From an uncultured Gemmatimonadota bacterium (GTDB lineage Bacteria; GCA-2686955), in the NCBI GenBank assembly GCA_964490075.1, contig CAZBBK010000003.1, positions 124,001 to 182,789 on the forward strand: a stretch of DNA of 58,789 nt. The letters are read 5' to 3'. Within the stretch, counting starts at the first letter, position 1, and every line of letters begins with the position of its first letter. A program made the position numbers and the translations under genes. Under the pieces are notes generated by a model. That model ran no database searches. It had not been told where the DNA came from and saw only the letters and a list, made by a program, of their open reading frames with translations. This document shows, in pieces, positions 52,379 through 58,789 of the stretch.

Positions 52379-53791
52379 GTGCCGTCCTCCGTTCTCAGCT
52401 CCCGATCCGCCTCCCGCCTGACCCGCCGCGAATGGCTGGCCCGCAGCGCACGCGGCGCCCTGGGGCTGTCCCTCGCTGGACCCGGTCTGCTCTCGGCGTG
52501 CGGCGGCCTCCGGGACCGCCCCAACATCCTCCTCATCACCCTCGACACCACCCGCCGCGATCGTCTGGGCTGTTACGGCTACCCGCGCTCGACCAGCCCC
52601 AACCTCGACCACCTGGCGAGCGAGTCGACGCTCTACACACGCGCCTACTCACCCTCCAACTGGACCCTTCCCGCGCACGCCTCGCTCTTCACCGGCAAGT
52701 TCACGACCAGCCATGGGGCGCGCTTCGATCCAGAGGGCCCCCTGTGCCTGAAAGGACATCTGGAGGGATCGCCGGAGTTCTGGGGACGGTTCCGAGCCCG
52801 CGGCCTGAGCTCGGGCGAAGCCACTCTGGCCGCCCTCTTGCGCGACGCCGGATACGCCACCGGGGCCGTGGTCGCCGGTCCCTGGCTGAAGCGCGCCTTC
52901 GGGCTCGACCGCGGCTTCGACTTCTACGACGACTCCGAGATCAGCACCTCCAACGGCCGCCCCGGCTCGACCGTGACGCCGCCGGCGCTGCGCTGGATCG
53001 AGGAGCAGGGCAGCCATCCCTTCTTCCTCTTCCTCAACTACTTCGACCCGCATTTTCCCTACTTTCCGCCGCCCGAGCTCGCCCAGCGCTTCGTCGACGA
53101 TTTCGACGCCCTGCGCCGCACCAAGCCCACCGAGCTGAGCCCCGAGCAACGCAGCGCCCTCTACGACGCCGAGATCTGCAGCATGGACCAGCAGATCGGA
53201 GGACTGCTGGACGGGCTCCGGCGCCTCGATCTCTTCGATCGCAGCTCGATCATCGTCACCGCCGACCACGGCGAGATGCTCGGCGAGCACGGCCGCACCG
53301 GCCACGGCCACCGGCTCTACCAGGAAGAGATCCACATCCCGCTCTTCATGAAGCACCCGCGGGGCGAGGTGGCCCCCGGTTCCAGCGAGCTCCCCCTGCA
53401 GCTCACCGATCTTCTGCCCCTGATCCTCACCCGGCTCGACCTGCCCTTTCCGCCGGGCATCCAGGGCGGCCTGGCACCCGACCCCGGCCATCCCGTGGTC
53501 GCCGAGATCTACCCGCTCGAGTTCCTGTCGAAGGACGGCGCCTCGCGCGCCATCATCGACGGCCACCTCAAGTACGTCTGGAACATCAAGGGCGCACACG
53601 CGCTCTACGATCTCGGCAGCGACCCGCGCGAGCAGCACAATCTGATCGACCAGGAACCGGAGCGAGCCGCCGCGCTCGACGACGCGCTCCGGGGCTACCT
53701 GGACGCCCTGCCACGACCGGCGCCGGCCACGGGCGACGAGTTGCTCGACGAGGAGACGCGCCAGGCGCTGGAGAGCCTCGGCTACACCTGA
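52379..53791 (+). CDS. Tat lipoprotein, sulfatase-like hydrolase/transferase (alkaline phosphatase superfamily)
   Basis: TRREWL twin-arginine, LSAC lipobox, PNILLITLDTTR, WTLPAHASLFTG, DPH.PY, TADHGE. Confidence 0.85.
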   Translation: MPSSVLSSRSASRLTRREWLARSARGALGLSLAGPGLLSACGGLRDRPNILLITLDTTRRDRLGCYGYPRSTSPNLDHLASESTLYTRAYSPSNWTLPAHASLFTGKFTTSHGARFDPEGPLCLKGHLEGSPEFWGRFRARGLSSGEATLAALLRDAGYATGAVVAGPWLKRAFGLDRGFDFYDDSEISTSNGRPGSTVTPPALRWIEEQGSHPFFLFLNYFDPHFPYFPPPELAQRFVDDFDALRRTKPTELSPEQRSALYDAEICSMDQQIGGLLDGLRRLDLFDRSSIIVTADHGEMLGEHGRTGHGHRLYQEEIHIPLFMKHPRGEVAPGSSELPLQLTDLLPLILTRLDLPFPPGIQGGLAPDPGHPVVAEIYPLEFLSKDGASRAIIDGHLKYVWNIKGAHALYDLGSDPREQHNLIDQEPERAAALDDALRGYLDALPRPAPATGDELLDEETRQALESLGYT

Positions 53792-53793
53792 GC

Positions 53794-53822
53794 TTGCCCG
53801 CGCCTGCTCGGGCGGCTATGCT
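53794..53822 (+). promoter_or_regulatory. Putative sigma70 promoter of lptA-lptB-rpoN
   Basis: TTGCCC-N17-TATGCT, 9 nt before ATG 53832. Confidence 0.55.
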
Positions 53823-53831
53823 CAGCTTTGT

Positions 53832-54851
53832 ATGCAAGTCCCGTTCCGAGCGCAGAAGCTCAAGTGGCCGCTTTGGTTAGCGGCACTCCTCTGGATCCCG
53901 CCCTCGGCCCTCGCGGAGCGGGGGATCGTGCTCCGGCACGCCGATTCGGTGCGCCTGATCGGCTCCGGCGGTGCCCGCACCACCCTCTGGGAGGGTGACG
54001 TGGAGGCCTACCACGAGGGCGCGCTGCTGCGCTGCGACCGGGCGCGCGTCGACCAGCGCCGCGGCCACGTCCAGGCCACCGGCAGGGTTCGCTTCACCAG
54101 CGACGAGGGCGTGCTGCTCTGCGACTCGGCCAGCTACGAGAGCGACGAGCGCGTGCTGCGCGCCCTGGGCCGGGTGTCGTGGGACGGCGACCAGGCGACG
54201 ATCTTGGCGCGCGAGATGGTCCATTGGCGCAACCGCCACCACTCGTTGGCCACCGGCGAGGCGCAGCTGACCCTGGCGCGCAGCTGGTTCGGCGGCACCC
54301 AGCAGCCAGGCGAGTCGCCGATCTGCGTCCTGGCCGACTCGCTCTGGTGGTTCGATGGCGACGACGAAGGACGGCATCGCGCCACCGGCAACGTGACCAT
54401 CAAGCTCGGCGACATGTGGGCCGAGGCCGAGCGCGCCGACTTCGAGCGCGAGCGGGGCCTCCTGGTGCTGGTCGGTACGCCGAGGATCATCCGCGGCAGC
54501 GGCGAGGTGCGCGGCCGGCGCCTGATCGTACAGCTCGAGGAGGGAATGGTGGCCGCGCTCGATGCGATCACCGAGGCGCGCTACTCCGAGCAGCGCGGCC
54601 CCGAGCTTCACGACCGGGTGGAAGGCGACTCGCTGCGCCTGGCCTTCCTCGAGGGCCGTGCCGAGGCGGTCGACGTGGCCGGCGCGGCTCGAGCCCTCTT
54701 CCACCCCGAGGACGATCCCCAGACCTGGAACCTGGTCGACGGCGAGTCGATCCACATCGACCTCCAGGACGAGCGGGCGGTCGCCGTCGCGGTCCAGGGG
54801 AGCGCGGCGGGCAGCTACGGCTACCCCCGCCGCCGTGGAGAGCGGGACTGA
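53832..54851 (+). CDS. lptA: LptA/OstA-like LPS transport periplasmic protein (extended beta-jellyroll)
   Basis: Signal peptide; repeated L.CD.A...ATG.V units; directly upstream of lptB. Confidence 0.7.
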   Translation: MQVPFRAQKLKWPLWLAALLWIPPSALAERGIVLRHADSVRLIGSGGARTTLWEGDVEAYHEGALLRCDRARVDQRRGHVQATGRVRFTSDEGVLLCDSASYESDERVLRALGRVSWDGDQATILAREMVHWRNRHHSLATGEAQLTLARSWFGGTQQPGESPICVLADSLWWFDGDDEGRHRATGNVTIKLGDMWAEAERADFERERGLLVLVGTPRIIRGSGEVRGRRLIVQLEEGMVAALDAITEARYSEQRGPELHDRVEGDSLRLAFLEGRAEAVDVAGAARALFHPEDDPQTWNLVDGESIHIDLQDERAVAVAVQGSAAGSYGYPRRRGERD

Positions 54852-54852
54852 G

Positions 54853-55569
<717 letters not shown>

Positions 55570-55625
55570 CGAAGCTGGGCAGAAACGGGGCCACCCCGAA
55601 CCCATCTTGAGGGATACTCGGCCAC

Positions 55626-57029
55626 ATGGAAACCAACCTCCGCCTGCAGATGGCCCTGAAGCAGCAGCTGGTCATGACGCCGAAGATGCAACAGGCGCTC
55701 AAGCTGCTGCAGGTGCCGGCGCTGCAGTTGGAGCAGCTCCTGCGCACCGAAATGATCGCCAACCCCATGCTCGAAGAGGTGGTCGACGACAACACGGCGG
55801 AGGAGCAGGTCGACGAGGAGGCCGAGCGCAAGCACGAGGAGGACCTGGAGCGCTGGGAGGATTACTTCGAGGCCCACTTCAATGATTCGCTCGATAATGG
55901 TTACTCAAAAGGCTCGTACGAGGTGCGCGAGGAGTACGAACGGGTCCAGGTTCATGTGCCGACGCTGCACGACCACCTGCTGGACCAGCTGCGGCTGCTG
56001 ACTCGTCCCGAGGAAGATCTGCAGGTCGGCGAGTACCTCATTCACAGCCTCGACGACGCGGGCTTCCTGGACATGAGCGTGGATGAAATCAGCGTCAAGC
56101 TCAGGGTCGATCCGCTCGAGGTCGAACGGGTGCTGGTGGAGGCTGTCCAGATCCTCGCCCCACCCGGGGTCGGCGCCCGAGACCTCCGGGAATGTCTCCT
56201 GATCCAGCTGCGCCAGGCCGGCGAAGAGGGGTCGCTGGCGTGGCGCATCGTCGAATCCCACATGCAGGATCTGGAACGGCACCGCTTCCAGCAGATCGCC
56301 AAGGCGTTGCGCGCTCCGGTGGCCGAGGTGATGGCCGCCTTCGACGAAATCGGCGCCCTGGAACCGCGTCCGGGCATGGTCCACTCCAACGACGGGGCCC
56401 GCGCCGTGGTGCCAGACCTGGTGGTGGAGCGGGTCGACGACGAGTACATCATCAATCTGAACGATCGCGACATCCCGCGCCTGCAGGTGTCGCCGGCCTA
56501 CCGCAAGCTGATCGGCAAGGGGGCCGGTACGTCGAAAGAGACCAAGGCCTACGTCGTGGAGAAGCTGAACAGCGCCAACTGGCTGATCAAGACGATCGAG
56601 CAGCGCCGCCAGACAATGCTCAAGGTCATGACCCATATTGTGAAAGTACAGCGTGAGTTTCTCGACAAAGGGATCGCCCACCTCAGGCCGCTGACGCTGC
56701 TAGAGGTGGCCGACGCCATCGGCATGCACGAATCGACGGTCAGCCGAGTCACCAACGGAAAGTACGTGCAGACCCCTCGCGGAGTCTTCGAGCTGAAATT
56801 CTTCTTCAGCAGTGCACTGAATACCGACGGCGTGGGAGATGTCTCATCGAAAGCGGTGAAGGACCGAATCGCGACCTTCATCCGTGGCGAGGATCCGGCG
56901 CGCCCCTTCAGCGATCAGGCGATCGTCGATCTGTTGACCCGCGAGGGCCTGCAGATCGCGCGCCGCACCGTGGCCAAGTACCGCGATCAGTTGAAAATCC
57001 TGCCGGCGCGTATGCGCAAACGGGTATGA
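55626..57029 (+). CDS. rpoN: RNA polymerase sigma-54 factor
   Basis: Q-rich region I, GVGARDLRECLLIQL, HESTVSR, RpoN box ARRTVAKYR. Confidence 0.97.
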   Translation: METNLRLQMALKQQLVMTPKMQQALKLLQVPALQLEQLLRTEMIANPMLEEVVDDNTAEEQVDEEAERKHEEDLERWEDYFEAHFNDSLDNGYSKGSYEVREEYERVQVHVPTLHDHLLDQLRLLTRPEEDLQVGEYLIHSLDDAGFLDMSVDEISVKLRVDPLEVERVLVEAVQILAPPGVGARDLRECLLIQLRQAGEEGSLAWRIVESHMQDLERHRFQQIAKALRAPVAEVMAAFDEIGALEPRPGMVHSNDGARAVVPDLVVERVDDEYIINLNDRDIPRLQVSPAYRKLIGKGAGTSKETKAYVVEKLNSANWLIKTIEQRRQTMLKVMTHIVKVQREFLDKGIAHLRPLTLLEVADAIGMHESTVSRVTNGKYVQTPRGVFELKFFFSSALNTDGVGDVSSKAVKDRIATFIRGEDPARPFSDQAIVDLLTREGLQIARRTVAKYRDQLKILPARMRKRV

Positions 57030-57233
57030 GCAGGAAGCAGAAGCAACCAACTTCGAGCGCTACGTTGCGTCGAGGACCGGCGGGGGCGCCGCATGCAAAG
57101 GAGGGCATTCGCACGAATCTGACCCACACTCGATACCGAAGATGACGCCTCGATGCGTCGAGCCTTTCCGTAGGCTGCGCCCCGGATGGGTGCACGCGGG
57201 TGGCCGCGCATCATCAATGGACAGGAGATCGAC

Positions 57234-57791
57234 ATGAACATCACGGTGACAGCGAGGAATTTCCATATCACGGACAGCGTCAAGGAGCTGGCGGAGCGCC
57301 GGCTCGCCAAGCTGGCCCGCTACAACGACGGGATTCTCGACATCCACTGTCTCTTCGTCACCGACAAGCGCAACGAGGTCATCATCGAAGTCGACGTTCA
57401 CTCCCGGACCGGACGGGTACACGCGAAAGAAACCGACCCGGATCTGAAGACCGCTCTGGATCGGCTGGCGCACAAGCTGGAGCGCCTGGTCAAGCGGCAG
57501 AAGACCAAGCGCCACAACGGCCACACACGCAGTGCGCCGGACAACGCCGGCACTCCGATCATCGCGCCCCGCTTCCACGACGCAGAAGAGGACGAGATCA
57601 AGCAGCGCGTGCTGGCCGGCGCCAACTCCAATCTCGACTCGCTGGCGGTCGACGAGGCGATCCTGCGCATGGACCACGACGGCAACGACGTGCTGGTGTT
57701 CAACAACAGCGAAACGGCACGCGTCAACGTGGTCTATCGCCGCAACGACGGAGCGGTCGGCCTGATCGATTCGGAACTGTCGGAAGGCTGA
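57234..57791 (+). CDS. hpf: Long ribosome hibernation promoting factor (HPF/RaiA)
   Basis: MNITVTARN...KLERLVKRQK; C-terminal VDEAIL.M....VF.N....VNVVYRR.DG..GLI; SD AGGAG. Confidence 0.9.
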   Translation: MNITVTARNFHITDSVKELAERRLAKLARYNDGILDIHCLFVTDKRNEVIIEVDVHSRTGRVHAKETDPDLKTALDRLAHKLERLVKRQKTKRHNGHTRSAPDNAGTPIIAPRFHDAEEDEIKQRVLAGANSNLDSLAVDEAILRMDHDGNDVLVFNNSETARVNVVYRRNDGAVGLIDSELSEG

Positions 57792-57814
57792 GCACCCGAG
57801 CCCCCTGAGAGACG

Positions 57815-58786
57815 ATGCCAGGAATCAGCGTTCGTGAGCTTTTCACGAAGTGCAAGGACGAGTTGCACCTGACGCTCGTGACGGCGAATCGAACCCTCGA
57901 TCGCAAGATCACCACCACCGACATCCACCGGCCCGGTCTGGCGATGGCGGGCTACACCGATTACTTCCTGGACGAGCGGGTACAAATCCTCGGCGAGACC
58001 GAGATTTCCTACCTCGCCACGCTCGACCAGGCGGGTCGCCTGGAGGCGCTGGATCGAGTCTGCCAGTTTCCGCTCACCTGCCTGATCATCACCAAGTCGC
58101 TGCAGGTGCCCGACGGCCTGCTGAAACGTCTCGAGGGTCACGGCACCGCGGTGCTGCAGACTACGATGGACACCACGCCCTTCATTCACGCGCTGACCGA
58201 GCATCTGCGCGAAGCCGCCGCGCCCACCGCCACCATCCATGGAACGATGGTCGACGTCTATGGCGTCGGTTTGCTGCTGGCGGGTGCCAGCGGCATCGGC
58301 AAGAGCGAGTGCGCGCTCGACCTGATCGAGCGCGGCCACCGGCTGGTGGCCGACGACGTGGTGACGATCACCCGGCGTGAAGAGGACATCCTGATCGGAA
58401 CCGGCAACGAGCTCCTCAAGCATCACATGGAGCTGCGCGGCATCGGCATCATCGACATTCGCACCATGTTCGGCATCCGCGCGGTGCGGGCGATGAAACG
58501 GCTGGAGGTGGTGGTGCGGCTCGAGCAGTGGGATGAAGACCGGCTCAACGCCGAACGGCTGGGGCTCGACGACCGCACCGCCGACATCCTCGGCGTGCCG
58601 ATCACCACCGCCACCATCCCGATCTTCCCCGGCAAGAACCTCTCGGTGCTCTCCGAGGTGATCGCACTGAACTACCTGCAGAAGGCTTACGGCCAGCACC
58701 CGGCGAAGGAGTTCAACGAACGGCTCCGGGAGTGGATGCGCAAGCAGGCGGCACTGCGTCAAGCCCATCGCCACGATACCGAGTAA
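57815..58786 (+). CDS. hprK: HPr(Ser) kinase/phosphorylase
   Basis: RPGLAMAG, HGTMVDVYGVG, GASGIGKSE, LIERGHRLVADD, ELRGIGII. Confidence 0.96.
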   Translation: MPGISVRELFTKCKDELHLTLVTANRTLDRKITTTDIHRPGLAMAGYTDYFLDERVQILGETEISYLATLDQAGRLEALDRVCQFPLTCLIITKSLQVPDGLLKRLEGHGTAVLQTTMDTTPFIHALTEHLREAAAPTATIHGTMVDVYGVGLLLAGASGIGKSECALDLIERGHRLVADDVVTITRREEDILIGTGNELLKHHMELRGIGIIDIRTMFGIRAVRAMKRLEVVVRLEQWDEDRLNAERLGLDDRTADILGVPITTATIPIFPGKNLSVLSEVIALNYLQKAYGQHPAKEFNERLREWMRKQAALRQAHRHDTE

Positions 58787-58789
58787 GTT

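Overview
High-GC bacterial chromosome segment, probably from an FCB-affiliated candidate phylum (inferred from a FlgD-Ig/CTD-type domain, a Bacteroidota-type WaaA and an archaeal-type GGR). In order: 3' end of purF; ferredoxin + geranylgeranyl reductase; ygfK; sugar-binding protein + hybrid histidine kinase; an 8-gene minus-strand envelope/glycolipid operon (Wzi-like, 2x GT2, radical SAM, deacetylase, DUF3108-like, LPG-synthase-type membrane protein, PHP hydrolase); nfeD-SPFH; response regulator; rng; membrane GT; deoxynucleoside kinase; rplU-rpmA followed by two glycosyltransferases (one an animal-type GT29); a convergent msbA-neuA-neuB-phosphatase-waaA operon; an island of secreted beta-propeller genes and gene fragments; a Na+-pumping carboxyl-CoA decarboxylase operon; a RES toxin-antitoxin pair; and pyrG-kdsA*-lpxL::lptC-[peptidase/sulfatase insert]-lptA-lptB-rpoN-hpf-hprK. 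The main observation is that the kdsA homolog is an intact ORF that has lost nearly all catalytic residues, while waaA and msbA are co-operonic with a vertebrate-like nonulosonate-9-phosphate (KDN/Neu5Ac) pathway. This suggests a lipid A core primed by a non-canonical route or with a non-Kdo sugar. Three families of small non-autonomous TIR elements are also present, one inserted in-frame in the RES toxin. No rRNA, tRNA or CRISPR array was recognised. All assignments come from motif recognition by eye; no searches were run.
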